From the NCBI RefSeq assembly GCF_009914755.1, contig NC_060947.1: a DNA stretch of 64,000 nt; one strand, written 5' to 3'. Position numbers and translations under genes: made by a program. This DNA comes from the human T2T-CHM13v2.0 reference genome, Homo sapiens. The first letter of the stretch is position 1. Every line of letters starts with the position of its first letter. Below are positions 13,685-29,929 of the stretch, piece by piece. The notes under the pieces were generated by a model. It did no database searches, had not been told where the DNA came from, and saw only the letters and a list, made by a program, of their open reading frames with translations.

Positions 13685-14092
13685 TTTAGCTTTATTGAGG
13701 CATAACTGACAAATAATAACCACATATTTATTCTAGAAATATATTGAGTATATTTATGTGTATGTTTTGATATATGTAAATTACATTGTGAAATGATTAC
13801 CAAAATCAAGCTAATTACATATCCATTACTTCCCATAGTTACAATTCTTTTCCCTGTAGATAAAACTTTTAATATCTACTCTCTTAGTAAATTTCAAGTA
13901 TAAAATACAGTACTATTAACTAGAGTCATCATGATGTACATTCATCCTCTAGAATTTATTCATCCAGCATAACTGAAGTTTTGTACTCTTTGATCAACAT
14001 TTCTCGATTTCCTTAATTCCCCACTCCCTGGCAACCAAAATTCTACTTTCTTTTCCTATGAGTTCAAATTTTTTAGATTCCACATGTAAGTG
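13685..14092 (-). mobile_element. L1MA 3' end
   Basis: Reverse-complement of an L1MA-type 3' UTR (TTTATTGAGGCATAACTGACAAAT...). Confidence 0.8.
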
Positions 14093-15757
14093 TGTATTAG
14101 TCCGTTTTCACGCTGCTGATAAAGACATATCTGAAACTGGGAAGAAAAAGAGTTTTAATGGACTTACAGTTCCACATGGCTGGGGAGGCTTCACAATCAT
14201 GGCAGAAGGCAAGGAAGACCAAGTCACATCTTACATGGATGGTAGCAGGCAAAAAGAGAGTTTGTGCAGAAAAACTCTCCCATTTTAAAACCATCAGATA
14301 TTGTGAGACTTATTCACTATCATGAGAACAGCACAGGAAAGACCTGTCACCCTTATTCAATTACCTCCCACCTACCACAACACATGGGAATTCAAGATGA
14401 GGTTTGAGTGGGGACACAGCCAAACCATAGTATTCCACCCCTGGCCCCACCAAAATCTCATGTCCTCACATTTCAAAACAAATCATGCTTTCCCAACAGT
14501 CCTCCAAAGTCTTAATTCATTTCAGCATTAACTCAAAAGTCCACAATCCAACCTCTCATCTGAGACAAGGCAAGTCCCTTCCACCTACGTGCCTGTAAAA
14601 TCACAAACAGGTTAGTTACTTCCTAGATACAATGGAGGTATGGGCATTGGGTAAATACAGCCATTCCAAATGGGAGAAATTGGCCAAAACAAAGGGGATA
14701 CAGGCCCCATGCAAGTCCATAATCCAGTGGGGCAGTCAAATCTTAAAGGTCCCAAATTATCTCCTTCGACTCCCTGTCTCACATCCAGGTCATGCTGAAG
14801 CAAGAGGTGGGTTTCCACAGTCTTGTGCAGTTCTACCCCTCCTGGCTGCTTTCGTGAGCTGGGGTTGAGTGTCTGTGGCTTTTCCAGGCTCACAATGCAA
14901 GCTGTCAGTGGATCTACCATTGTGGGGTCAGGACGGTGGTCTTCTTCTCACAGCTCCACTAGGCAGTGCCCCAGTAAGGACTCTGTGTGGGGGCTCCAAC
15001 CCCACATTTCCCTTCTGCAATGCCGTAGAAGTGATTTTCTATGACGGCCCCACCCCTGCAGCAAGCTTTCGCCTAGGCATCCAGGCATTTCCACACATTT
15101 TCTGAAATCTAGGCACAAGTTCCCAACCCTCAATTCTTGACTTCTGTGTACTGCAGGCTCAAAACCACATGGAAGCTGACAAGGCATGGGGCTTCCATTC
15201 TCTGAAGCAACAGCCTGAACTGTATCTTGGCCACTATTAGGCTGGAGCAGTTGGGACAGAGGGCACCAAGTCCCTAGACTGCACACAGCATAGATATCCT
15301 GGGCCTGGTCCACAAAACCATTTTTTCCTCCTTCAGAGGTCTTCACTACAGCCCCTCCAGGCCTGTGATGGGAGGGGCTGTAGTGAAGACCTCTCACGTG
15401 CCCTGGAGACATTTTCCCTATTGTCTTAGGGATTAACAATCGGCTCCTAGTTACTTATGCAAATTTCTGCAGCTGACTTGAATTTCCCCTCAGAAAATGA
15501 AATTTTGTTTTCTATTGGATTGTCAGGCTGCAGATTTTCTGAACTTTTATAGTCTGCTTCCCTTATAACAATGAATGCCTTTAACAGTACCCAAGTCATC
15601 TATTGAATACTTTGCTGCTTAGAAATTTCTTCCACCAGGTATGCTAAATCATCTCTCTCAAGTTCAAAGTCCCACAAATCCCTAGGGCAGGGACAATATG
15701 CCACCAGTCTCTTTGCTAAAACATAACAAGAGTCACCTTTGCTCCAGTTCCAAACAA
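14093..15757 (-). mobile_element. THE1 element, one LTR (14093-14432) plus truncated internal region
   Basis: TGTATTAGTCCGTTTTCACGCTGCTGATAAAGAC LTR followed by THE1-int; second LTR absent. Confidence 0.9.
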
Positions 15758-15759
15758 GT

Positions 15760-16132
15760 GAGAACCAGGCTTGAGTCTGGGGCTATAGGGGCCTGCCTGG
15801 CATTGAGTTTTAACTGCGAAGACCTAGTTTGGGGTTGAAGGCAAAGTCCAGTGCTTAATTCCTCTCCTTCCTCACATGGGGGGGTATCTCTTTTCATGGT
15901 ATACTATATAAGGTTAAGGGAGGGTTGACTTAAGTAATGTAAAAGTGTCCTCCCTACACTCTTCAACGCATCTATTCTTAGTTCTGTCCTATACCCAGGT
16001 GATTTGATCTAATCACCTGATTTCCTCAGCTGTTACATAGGTATTTTCATGGTTAAATAGTTGTTCAAATTCATGTTTCTGGGTTGAGGGGGCAAGCGCT
16101 GTAGAAGTTTATTTTGCCAACTTGCTGACATT
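15760..16132 (-). mobile_element. L1M 5' UTR fragment
   Basis: Reverse-complement begins ATGTCAGCAAGTTGGCAAAATA, like the L1M 5' starts at 18385 and 29622. Confidence 0.55.
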
Positions 16133-16289
16133 TGTTAAGGAACTCTGTTACATACACAATTGCCCGAAAGCTCCTCAAACCCACACTTTTTGGGATGTTA
16201 TGGAGGTTTTATTCCTTTCCACTACTTTTTAAAATTGTATTTTTCTTCTTATTTCTAACTTTCATTGGGATTTCCTATTTGTCATTTGG

Positions 16290-17772
<1,483 letters not shown>

Positions 17773-17864
17773 AAATATATATAATATATACATATATATA
17801 TATATGCCATTCATCATTTGTTAGTTATATGTGCATAAAGCATCTCTTTCCAACTTATGGATTG

Positions 17865-18310
17865 TCATTGATTCATTCTTTTACAAGCTTTATTCTTTCA
17901 AAAAATCTGTACTGAACATGTAATATACACCTACAACAGGTCTAGGCAATTGAGTTGCAACTATGACATAATAGACTGGAATTCTTATTCTGTTGGGGGT
18001 TACATTTACATAGGAAAAAGAGATACGGACCTATGATTACCAAGATACAGAAGAAACATATACATCATGCTAGAGAGTGATAAGATTTGAGGAATAAAAA
18101 CACAACAGGGAAAGAAATAGGAAGTGTCAGGAAAGGAGATTGCAATTTTAGATATTATGGCCATGAATGGCCTTACTAAAAATGTAACCTTTGAATAAAG
18201 TTCTGCATGAGGTAAGGCACTAAACCAATAATAGCTATCAGAGGGAAGAGCATACCAGGGAGAATACCAAATGTCAAAGCTCTGATATAGGAGTATTGCA
18301 GTTTTGGTGA
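17865..18310 (-). mobile_element. L2 fragment
   Basis: CATTGATTCATTC...TACTGAACAT and GAGGGAAGAGCATACCAGG L2-like motifs. Confidence 0.55.
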
Positions 18311-20487
18311 GAAACATCACACGCCAATTTAACTGCATAATTAAGTTAAAAAGTTGAAAGTTAATATCTTAAACTTTCTAAGTGGAGTGACATTAACAAG
18401 ATGGCAGAATAGAAGTCTCCAGCACTCATTTCCCTCATAGAAAATGTCAATTTGAAACACCATTCATTCATGGCAATACATTCACCAGAACTACAGAATC
18501 TGAGAGATTATGGCACCTAGGTGGAGCACAGAGATAAGAAAAGATGCACTGAAGAGGGAAGAAAGAACATCTTCCTGTCACCCCTTACATCACCACGTTT
18601 CCAAGCCTGTGCAGCATAGCATGAAGAGAGATACACTTCATTTGATGGAAAAAGATTGAAGAATTCACTGTGACCCCCAGAAACAGGCCCACCTCTGTAA
18701 ACCTCAAAGCAAGGCTGGCCCGTGTAGAACCAGAATCCAGGCTTGCCCTTGCAGATCTAGGCCCCAAACCCACCCTAACACCAGATTGGCCCCCACAGAC
18801 CCAGGCACCAGGCTTCCCCATGTGGACTCAGGCACCATGCTGGCTTCCATGATCCAGGTTCCATGCCAATCCCAGTGGCCCCAAGATTCAGGCTAGCACC
18901 CATGGACTCAGGACTCGGTCTCTCCCTGAGCCAGGCTGGCACCCATGGATCCAGCATCTAGGCCCAACCCCATAGACCAAGGCTCCAAACAAGTTCTCAT
19001 GTCCCAGACACCAGCTCTTCACCCATAGATGCAGGCACCAGGCCTAGCCTCATGTACCCAGGTTCCAGGCCCACTCGTAAACCCCAAGCCCTTTCAGACA
19101 CAAAATCTGGGCCAGCACCTGTAGACCCAAATTCCAGGCCTGCCCCCACATATCCAGACAGAAGACAACCCCTGCAGATCCACATGCCAGGCCTGCCTGC
19201 TGATTGACCAAAGCACAAGTCTTGCCCACCTGAGGACTCTAGCAGCAAGCTCACCTGCAGACTCCATCAGCCAAACCACTCAGAATCTCAGGACAGACAT
19301 ATTGAGAACATCTTTCCCTGCCAAAGCTAGTCTGTAAAGATTGGAAGTGTCGTCTACTTCTTCAAATGATCAGAAAGGAAATACATGTACAAAATGAGTA
19401 AAATAGCAATTTGTCAAAAAGATGGAAACTACTTTAAAAGAACAAAGAAAAATTTTAGAACTGAATACAATGACTGAAAAAAATATTTCTTACAGAGCTG
19501 AAAAGTAGACTTAACCAAGCAGAAGAAAGAATCAGCAAGCTTGAAGAAAGGTCGTTCAAAATTACCCAATCACAGGAACAAAAAGAAAAAAGAATGAAAA
19601 AGAGCAAAGAAAAGCTACAGCATTTGTGGCACACAATCAAGGAAACCAATATTTGCATCATAGAAGTCTCATAGGAGTAAAGAAAGAAAAAGGAACAAAT
19701 ATATTACTTAAATAAATAATGACAGAAACTTCCTAAGTATAGGGAGGTAAATGAACATCTAGATACATAAATCTCAAAAAACTCCAAATGGGTTAACCAT
19801 TAAGATATCTTCAGTGAGAGACAATACAATTAAATGGTCAAAAGTCAAAGAGAACTTTGAAAGCAGCAAGTGAAAAGCAACTCATCACACACAAGAGAAT
19901 GAATTTAAGACTACCAGTGGATTTCTTAGCACTCAGTGAAAAAAAATATATATATAGTGAAATTCAGAATACTCTAAAGCTTAAATGGTAGTGCATAAAT
20001 CTCTTTTAACTCTTACATAAAAATTAATAAACTAAAGTATTAAAAATAACTATAGCTACAATAATACTGTAATGAATACATAATATAAAAACATGGAAAT
20101 TGTGACATCAGTAACATATATTGTAAGGAGGGAACATAGAAATATAAATTTTTGGATGTTATCTAAATTATGTTCCTATAGCTTAAAATCAGCTATAACT
20201 ATGATATATTTTCTGTAAGCCCCATGAATATCACAAAAATGAAATCTATGGAGGATACATTCAAGAAATAAAAAAAGAAATGAAAGCATACCGCTACAAA
20301 AAATTATCAAATATTTAAAAAAAGAGAACAAAAGACGAAAAAAGAAACTACAAAACTGTCAGAAAACAATTAATAAAATGGCAATAGTAAGTCCTACTCA
20401 ATCAAGTTACTTTCAGTGTAAACTGACTAAAAGTTCCAATCAAAAGACAAAGAGTTACTGAATGAGTAAACATACAAGATCCAACTA

Positions 20488-20832
20488 CAGTCATGAGTCA
20501 CAAATGACATTTTGGTCAATGACAGACTGCATATACAATGATGGTTTCATAAGATAATAATATCATATTTTACTATACCTTTATTATATTTAAATTTGTT
20601 TAGATACACAAATACTTGCCAATGTGTTACAATTGCCTACAGTATTCAATACAGTAACATGTTGTACACGTTTGTAGCCTAGGAGTAATGATTATACCAT
20701 AAATCCTAGGAATTTAGTAGGCTGTACCATCTGAGTTTATGTAAGTATGCTCTATGATGTTCACACAATTATGAATTCATTTAATGACATATTTCTCAAA
20801 ACATGTTCCTATCATTAAGCTAAACATGACTG
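20488..20832. mobile_element. Tigger3a (MER7A) DNA transposon
   Basis: TIR CAGTCATG/CATGACTG; TA TSD; ~345 bp. Confidence 0.85.
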
Positions 20833-21171
20833 TAAATATTCTTGACAAGAGACTCACTGTAGCTTTAAAGACACACATATGCTGAAAGTGAAGGGATGAA
20901 AAAAGATATTTTATGCAAATGCAAAGAAAAGAGAGCAGGGCGGGCTATAATTACATCAGACAAAATAGACTAAGTCAAAAGTTGTCACAAGAAACAAAGA
21001 ATATTTTTATATAATAATAAAGAAGTTAATTCTACAAGAGCATTTAACAACTGTAAATATGCATGCACTCAACATCAGAGAATCTTAATACATAAAGCAA
21101 ATATTAACAGTTCTGAACCAAAAATACACAGAAATACAATAATAGAAGGGAACTTCAATTCTCCACTTTCA

Positions 21172-23485
21172 ACAACAAAATAGAAATTAATGCCAAGAAG
21201 ATCTTTCAAAACCACAAAATGGCATAAACGTTATCAACTTGCTCCTGAATGACTTAGGGATTAACAAAAAAAAAAAAAAGGCAGACATTTAAAAAAATAT
21301 TTGAAATAAGTGAAATTAGAAACACAACATAACAAAATCTTAATGTAGCAAAAGCAGTGTTGAGGATAGTTTATAGCTCTAAATGCCTAACACAAAAAGT
21401 CAGATATCAAATTAATGACCTAACACCACAACTAGAAGAACTAGAAAAACAGAACAAGCTTAACTCAAAGCTACCAGAAGAAAACACATCACTAAAATCA
21501 GAGTGAAACTGAAATTGAGACCCAAAAATCCATACAAAGAATCAATGAAACCAAAAGTTGGTCCCTTAAAAGGATAACCAAGATTGACAGACGTCTAGCT
21601 AGATTTACAAGGAAAAAAGAGAAGATCCAAATAAAAACAATCAGAAATAACAAAGGTGACATTTCAATCAATCGAAAAAAAATAAAGAAGTTCCTGAGAC
21701 TATTTGGAACACTTCTATGCACAGAAACTATAAATTCTAGAGGCAATAAATTTGAGAAACACACAACTTGCCAAGATAGAATCAGGAAGAAATTGAAACC
21801 CTGAACAGATCAATATAAAGTTTGCAAATTGAATCAATAATAAATAACCTAACAAACAAAAAGCCACAAAGCAGATGGATTCACAGCCAAATTTTACCAG
21901 ACATACAAGAAAGGTACCAATTTTGTTGACACTATTCCAAAAAATCAAAGTGGAGGAACTATAAGCCAGCATCACTCTGACATCAAAATCTCACAAAGAT
22001 ACAATGGAGAATGAAAACCAAAGTCCAAAATTCCTGATGAATACAGATGCCAAAATTCTCCAAAATACTAGCAAAATGAATCTGGCTTCACATCAAAAAG
22101 CTAACTGACTAAGATCCAGTAGGCTTCATTCTTGGACTGCAAGGTTAGTTCAATATATGAAAATTAATAAATGTGATTCACCACATAAAAAGAATTTCAA
22201 GAATACATGGTGATCTCAATAGACATGAAACGACCTTTCAATAAAATCCAACATCCCTTCATGATAAGAACCCTCAGCAAACTAGGCACTGAAGGAATAT
22301 ACCTCAAAATAATGAGTGTCATCTATGACAAACACACATCCACATCATACAGAAAAAGCAAAACCTGGAAGCATTCCCTTTGCGAACTCAAACAAGACAA
22401 AGATGCCCACTCTCACCAATTCTATTCAACATAGTACCGGAAATCCTAACCAGAGGAGTCAGGAAAGAGAAAGAAATAAAATCCATCCACATAGCAAAAG
22501 AAGTAAAACTTCCTCTCTTTGCTGATTATATGATTCTATACCTAGAAAACCCCAAAGACACCACCAAAGGCTCCTGGAACAAATAAATGACTTCAATAAA
22601 GTTTCAGGATAGAAAATCAATATACAAAAGTCAGTAGCATTTTTATACACCAATAACATTCAACCTGATAGCCATATCAACAACAGAATCCCATTTACCA
22701 TAGTCACAAAAAATTAAATGCCTAGGAATACATCTAACCAAGGAGGTGAAAGATCTCTACAGAAGAGCTACAAAACACTGCTGAAAGAAATCATAGACGA
22801 CATGAAAAATGAGAAACATTCCATGCTCACGGATTGAAAGAATCAATATTATTAAAATGGCCATACTGCCCAAAGGAATCTACAGATTTGATGCTATTCC
22901 TATCAAAACACCAATGATATTTTTCACTGAATCAGAGAAAAACTATTATAACATTCATATGGACTCAAACAGATATGTACTCCTGTAGAACAGAATATAG
23001 AAACCAAAAATACAGCCATACACTTACAGCCATCTAATCTTCCACGAAGTCAACAAAAATATGCAATAAAGGGCTTCCTTTTCAATAAATGGTGCTTGGA
23101 TAGCTGGCTAGTAATATGCAGAATAATAAAACTGGATCCCTACTTCTTCTCATAAACAAAAATTAATTCAAGATGAATTAAAGATTTAAACTTAAGACCT
23201 CAAACTATAAGAATCTTAGGAAAAAAAAAAGGAAACACCATTCTGGATATTAGCTTTGGGAAATAACTTATAAATAACTCTTCAAACGCAATTGCAACAA
23301 AAACAAAAATTGACAAGTGGGACCTAATTAAACTAAAGAGCTTCTGCACAGCAAAATGAACTATCAACAGAGTAAACAGACAACCTACAGAGTGAGATAA
23401 AATTTTAGTAAATTATACATCCAACAAATGTCTAATCTGTAGAATCTATAAGGAACTTAAATAATTGAACAAGAAAAAAAATAAT
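21172..23485 (+). mobile_element. L1P (L1PA15/16-like) ORF2 segment embedded in the older L1M
   Basis: ORF2 coordinates jump backwards at ~23490, so the RT region occurs twice. Confidence 0.65.
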
Positions 23486-23709
23486 GCCTTGAAAAAGTTC
23501 AACACCATATTAAAATGATCATGCACTATGATCAAGTTGGATATATGCCAGAGATTCAGGGTGATTCAACATAGCAAGTCTATAAATGTGATACACTTCA
23601 TTAACAGAAGACAAGAACCATATGATCATCTTAAGAGATGCAGCAAAAGCATTTGACAAAATTCAACATCTTTGCATGATACAAACTCTTGACAAATAAG
23701 GTAAAGAAG

Positions 23710-24174
23710 TGTGAACCTCAAATGTCTGAGACAGGTCTCAGTTAATTTAGAAAGGTTTTTGCCAAATTTGAGGACACGCGCTTGTGACACAGCCTCAGGA
23801 GGTCCTGACAACATGTGCTCAAGATGGTCAGAGCACAGTTTGGTTTTATACATTTTAAGGAGACATGTAACATGAATCAATGTATGTAAGATGAACATTG
23901 GTTCCTCCTAGAAAGGTCGGATGACTCAAGGCAAAGGTGGCACAACTTGAAGTAGAGGGAGCTTCCAGGTCATAGGTAGATTAAGAGACAAACGGTTGCA
24001 TTCTTTTGGGCTTCTGATTAACCTCTCCAAAGGAGGCAATCAGATAATGCATTTATCTCAGTGAAAAGAAGGGTGACTGAAAAGAATGGGACGCAGCTTT
24101 GCCCTAAGTTCCCAGCTTGACTTTTCCCTTTAGCTTTGTGATTTTGAGGCCCCAGGATTTATTTTCCTTTCACA
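23710..24174 (-). mobile_element. MER4A-like ERV1 solo LTR
   Basis: TG...CA ends (TGTGAACC...TTTCCTTTCACA); 4-bp TSD GAAG. Confidence 0.85.
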
Positions 24175-25453
24175 GAAGAGTGTACATAAATACACTAAGG
24201 ACCATATACAGCAAACCCACAGCTAACATCATACTCAACTGTAAAAAGTTGAAAGCTTTTTATCTAACTTCAGAAATAAGACAATGATGTCTGCTCTTGC
24301 CACTTCTATTCAACATAATACTGGAAGTACTAGACAGAGTAGTCAGGCAAGAGAATAATGAATAAAAAGCAGCCAAATAGGAAAGAGAAAAGTTAAATTG
24401 TCTCTGTCAGCAAATTATATGATGTTTTATACAGAAAACTCTGAAGACTCTACCACAAAACTGTTGGAACTAGTAAATTCAGTAAAGTTGCAGGATACAA
24501 AATCAGCGTATGGTAATCATTAGCATTTACATACACTAACAATGAACTGTCTGTAAAAGGAATCAAGAAAGCAATCTCATTAGAATAACTACAAAATATA
24601 AATTCTTAGAAATAAATTTATCCAGAAAGGGGAAAGTCCTGTACATTGTGAAAATCATAAAACACTCATGAAAGTAATTGAAGGTATATGTAAAATGAAA
24701 GATATAACATGTCTTTGGATTTAAAGAATTTAGATTGTTAAAATGTTGAGACTACTCAAAGCAATCTACAGATTCAATGCAATCTCTTTCAAAATTCCAA
24801 TGACATTTTTTACAGAAATATAAAAAAAAGTTTTTAAACTCATATAGAATAACCACTTCAGACTGAGTAGCCATAGCAATCCTGAGCAAAAATAATAAAG
24901 TTGGAAGCATCAGACAACCTGACTTTAAAATCTATCACAAAGCTATTGCAATTAAAACAGCATAGTACAGGCATAAAAACAGACACATAGACCAATGTGA
25001 CAGAACAGAGAGCCCAGAAATAAATCCATGAATTTATTGTCAATTAATTTTCAACAAAAGTGCTAGGAACATACAATGGGGACAAAACAGTCTTTTCAAT
25101 TAATGATATTGAAACAACTGAATATTCACATGCAGAATAATGAAATTAGACCCTTATCTTACATGATATGCAAAAATCAACTAAAAATGTGTTAAAGACT
25201 ATAGAGTATTATCTGAAACTCCAAAACTACTAGAAGAAAACATAGGAGAAAAGCTCCATGACATTGGTCTGGGCAATTAATTTTTTTTATAGGACCCCAA
25301 AAGCACAGTCAACAAAAGCAAAAAATAGGGAGAGGATTTTCTATAAAGCTTCTGCACAGCAATGAAATAATCAACAGAATAAAGAGATGATGTAGGAAAT
25401 AGTCAAAAATATTTGTAAAACATATATCTGATGAAGGGTTAATATCTAAGATA

Positions 25454-25906
<453 letters not shown>

Positions 25907-27119
25907 TTAGAGAAATGCAAATTTAAAACCCAATTGATATACCACACAACTGGTAAAATGGCTACCATCAAAAAGAAAAAAATATCTAAGTTTTGGTGAG
26001 GATGTGGAAAAAATGGAACCCTTGCACATTGTTGGTGGAAATGTAAATTAGAACAGCCGTTATGGAAAACAATATGGAAGTTCCTCAAAAAATTAAAAAT
26101 AAACTATGATCTAGCAGTCCCACTACTGGTTTTATATTCAAAGAAATTGCAATCAGTCTGATGAAGAGATATCTGCCGAGCCATGTTCATGCAGTATTGT
26201 TCACAATAGCCAAGTTATGGAATCAACCTAGGTGTCCATTAACATGTATGGATTAAGAAAATGTGGTATATATACACAAAGGAATACTATCCAGCTTTTA
26301 AAAAGAAAAACAACCTGTAATTTACAACTATATGGATGAACCTGGAAGACATTATGTTACGTGAGATAAGCCAGGCACAAAAAGACAAATACTGCATAAT
26401 CTCACTTATATGTAGAATCTAAAAACATTAAACTCATAAAATTAGAGACTAGAATGATGGTCACCAGGGGTAAAAGGAAAATAGGGGGCTGGGAGATGTC
26501 AATCAAAGGACACAAAATTTTAGTTAGGAGGAATAAGTTCAAAAGATCTATTGTAGAACATAATGACTACAGTTAGTAAAGATGTATTGTGTTCTTCAAA
26601 ATCACTAAGAGAGCAGATTTTAAGTGTTCTCACCACTCACAAAAATGATAAGCATATAAGGTAACATATATGTTAATACCTAAATTTATCCATTTAACAA
26701 TGTATACATATTTCAAAACTACATGTAGTACATAATAAATATACATATAATTTATTTTTGTCAACTTAGCTTTTTAACTGTGACAAAAGGTAAAGCTGTG
26801 CTTACAAAAATTATAGCCTTAAAGATATATAGTAGAACACAAGTAGGTGAAAAATAGAGTCTGCAATAATTTCAGGAAGTTAGAAAAATAAACACAGAGA
26901 ATAAGCAAATATCAATAAAAAATTCAACAGAGAAAATAACCACAGCCATAATTTTGTTCTTTCAAAAGACTATAAAATTTGATAGATGGTTGTATAGTCA
27001 AACAATTACCCAGATTTTGTCATTACACACTGTATGCTTGTATCAATATATCATATGTATGCCATAAATATGTACAAATATGTATCCATAAAAAATTTAA
27101 AATATCTTAGAGAAATGAT

Positions 27120-28120
27120 AAAGAACAACTTGTGCTACAAACAACATGAATTATTTTCATCACATAATTTTGAGTGAATGATGCCAGAATAATAAGTGTG
27201 CTTATGGGTATGATTCCAATTTATAAAGTTCCAAACAGAGAAAAAACTCAAGGTTATTAGAAATCAGAATAGTAGTGGATTTGTGGGGCAATGATCAGGA
27301 GGGGACATGGGAAAGGCTTTATTGTTTCTGGTAATGTTTAATGTCTTGATTTTGGTGATAATTTCAGAGTTGTATTCTGTTTATTAAAAAATTATTTGAG
27401 CCATATACTTACAATTTATAAATTTTACTCTATATTTTATGTTTCAATCCAAACTTTTCCCCTAAGTCTCATATACAGTTTGGAGAGTATTTTGGTAGTA
27501 CATATTGATATGGAAAAGTGCATATACCAAACTTGGTAATTTTACACCCAGTAATAAACTCTGAAGAAACATACACATATGCATTAGGAGCAGAAGATAC
27601 ATATTTTGCACTCTATTCTGTCCTTAAGCAGAGTGGTGGGTAGAAATCTGTTTTCCAAAACAAAACAAAGCAGAAAACAGTTAAAATAAGTGAACAAGAG
27701 GTATTTACTACATGAATAAAATTTAGGAACAAAATTTTATAATTTTGATTCACAAGTTCACAGCATGACATGTACAGTAACATAGCATTTAAACAATATT
27801 AAACACAAAATTCATGGATTCATTATATACACACATATGTATATGTATGTATATGTATATGTATATATGTGTATATATAGATAATTATGAAAACATAGAC
27901 TATAAGGATATATACCAAACTCATGATGGTGTTTGGGTGATTGCCTCTGAAAGTGGATAGAGTCTATTTAGAAGAGCAACATTTTATGTATAATAACTTA
28001 ATTCTTCCAGGTGAAAATATGTAAAGTGAGGAAACAATGTAAATATTTGCTAATTCTCAGTTGTTGGTGTACAGGTGTTTGACACATTATCCTAAGTAGT
28101 TCTCTGTATTCTTTAAATTT
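27120..28120 (+). mobile_element. Ancient L1ME-type 3' fragments with (TATATG)n at ~27825-27880
   Basis: Degenerate L1ME 3' UTR motifs. Confidence 0.5.
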
Positions 28121-28479
28121 TTCCAAATACTAAAGTGGAATAGGTGATGGGAGCAAGTTGAAGAATAAAGGATGAAACAAGTGGAGAAAGTCCCCGGGCT
28201 AGAGAATGTTTACAAGTGGGCTTCAGAGAAGATGAAAACTAACTTATGGATCTGGAGAGGCTTTTGGCTCTATGCAGACTGTGTACCGCCAACATTTTCT
28301 CTCAGGTAAAATCAGAAGGAAATGTTTAGGGAAAGCTAAGGCTTCTGGTATAGAAGTCAAAACCTTAAAGCAGGAATTCTAAAACTTTAGTATGCACTGG
28401 AATCATCTCAAAATAGAGATTGATGGACTCCACCTGAGAACTTGTGAGAAGAGCAAATTCTTGGGCCCCGTCTCTGAAG

Positions 28480-28760
28480 AGAGACTGGTCAGTGAGTACA
28501 AACATACGGTTAGAAGGCACACGTTTTAGTCTTCAATAGCATACTGACTATATTTAGTAACAATATATTGGATATTTCAAAATAGCTTGAAGAGAGAACT
28601 TAAAATACTCCCAACACATAAAAATGATAAATACTCAAAATGATAGATACCCCTAAATATCCTGACTTGATCATTATCCATTCTATGCTTGCAACAAAAT
28701 ATCCTATGAATCCCATACATAGGTAAAATATTATGTATCAAAAAAGAAAAATATAATGAA
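28480..28760 (+). mobile_element. L1MA 3' end inserted into a MER5-like element
   Basis: CCTGACTTGATCATTATCCATTCTATG motif and A-rich tail; MER5-like halves at ~28370-28440 and 28765-28830. Confidence 0.65.
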
Positions 28761-29209
28761 TCAAAACTCTGAAGATGAGGGCCAGGTGACATTAATGCTC
28801 CTGATCCAGGAACCTTAGGTTGAGAACAATTCCTTTCCAATAAAGCCTTCTTTATTTGACACTTGCACAGCTGTTTCCTGCCTGCTCTCTCTAAAGCAAG
28901 CCTGACATTTGATTTGTCGCACTCCATCCCATACAGATACACTAGAGATATTCTTCACTGAAGAGAAAGACCAATCAGGAAAAGTAGCTCTACTTCACAG
29001 TAACTGAAGTAAACCCTTACCACCTATTCAGCTGTTCTGTTTGCAATGGGAACAAGAAAGATAATCAGGCACATAGGAAATTTCAGCAGAACAAAATAGA
29101 AAGAAAAATGTAAACAAAAAGATGATACAAAAGAAATGAGATATTTTAGGTGACAGAATATAATTATTAAAAACAAGCAAAATATTATTACCCTTAGAGG
29201 CATGACAGA

Positions 29210-29410
29210 ACTTTGCTGTCCAATATGTTAGCCACAAGCTTCACTTGACTATACAAACAAATTTAAATTGATGTAAATTAAATAAAATTAAACATCTCAG
29301 TTGTACTTGCCACAGCTCAAGTGCTCAATAGCCACCTATGCCTAGTGGCTACTGTTTTAGACAATGCTATTTATTTCCATCATCACAGAGAGTTCAGTTG
29401 GGCAGTGCTG
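29210..29410. mobile_element. MER3 hAT element
   Basis: GCTGTCCAATATG...GTTGGGCAGTGCTG ends; ~200 bp. Confidence 0.7.
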
Positions 29411-29676
29411 TTCCAGGAGATAGTACAGCTCACTTCTACCACTAAAATGCAAAGGTTAGAAGAATATGAAAGGTTTTTGCACTAGCATCCCCAACTATGA
29501 GAAACAACTTCTGTTGTTTAAAATTACCCAGTCTATGGTACTTTGTTATTGCAACATGAAATGACTAAGATACCACATAAAGATAAGTTATTCCATTTGA
29601 CTTTAAAACACAATTGAGAAAGAGTGACATCAGCAAGATGGTAGAATAGGAAGTTCCAGCTCCCATCCTTTGACAT

Positions 29677-29925
29677 AATGAAAACCGGAGGAAACATCAT
29701 CCTTTTTATAAAATGGCAAAGGAACTTGGCGGATTTTCATGTTCTAGTGTTTTCTGGGTGGCAGAATTTAAGAGCAACAAAATAGAATATTTGGTGGAAG
29801 AAACGTCTAAGCGAAGTGTTCAGAGTATGGCATGGCTTCTCTTGACAGTAAAATGTGAGAAGAGAGATAAACTGAAGTTGCGATTTATAATCAAAAGGAA
29901 AGCAGAATTTAAATATTTGGATAAG
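29677..29925 (+). mobile_element. MST-int fragment
   Basis: Homologous to 34735-34990. Confidence 0.8.
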
Positions 29926-29929
29926 AGCT

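Noticed and set aside
18660-19260. GC-rich degenerate repeats resembling a promoter or a Pro-rich coding region
   Set aside because: CpG-poor and located in an L1M 5' UTR, where such repeats are typical
29490-29576. MaLR LTR end as the missing partner of the 34057 LTR
   Set aside because: The flank match (ACCAC vs ACCAT) is weak and the orientation does not fit the inversion model
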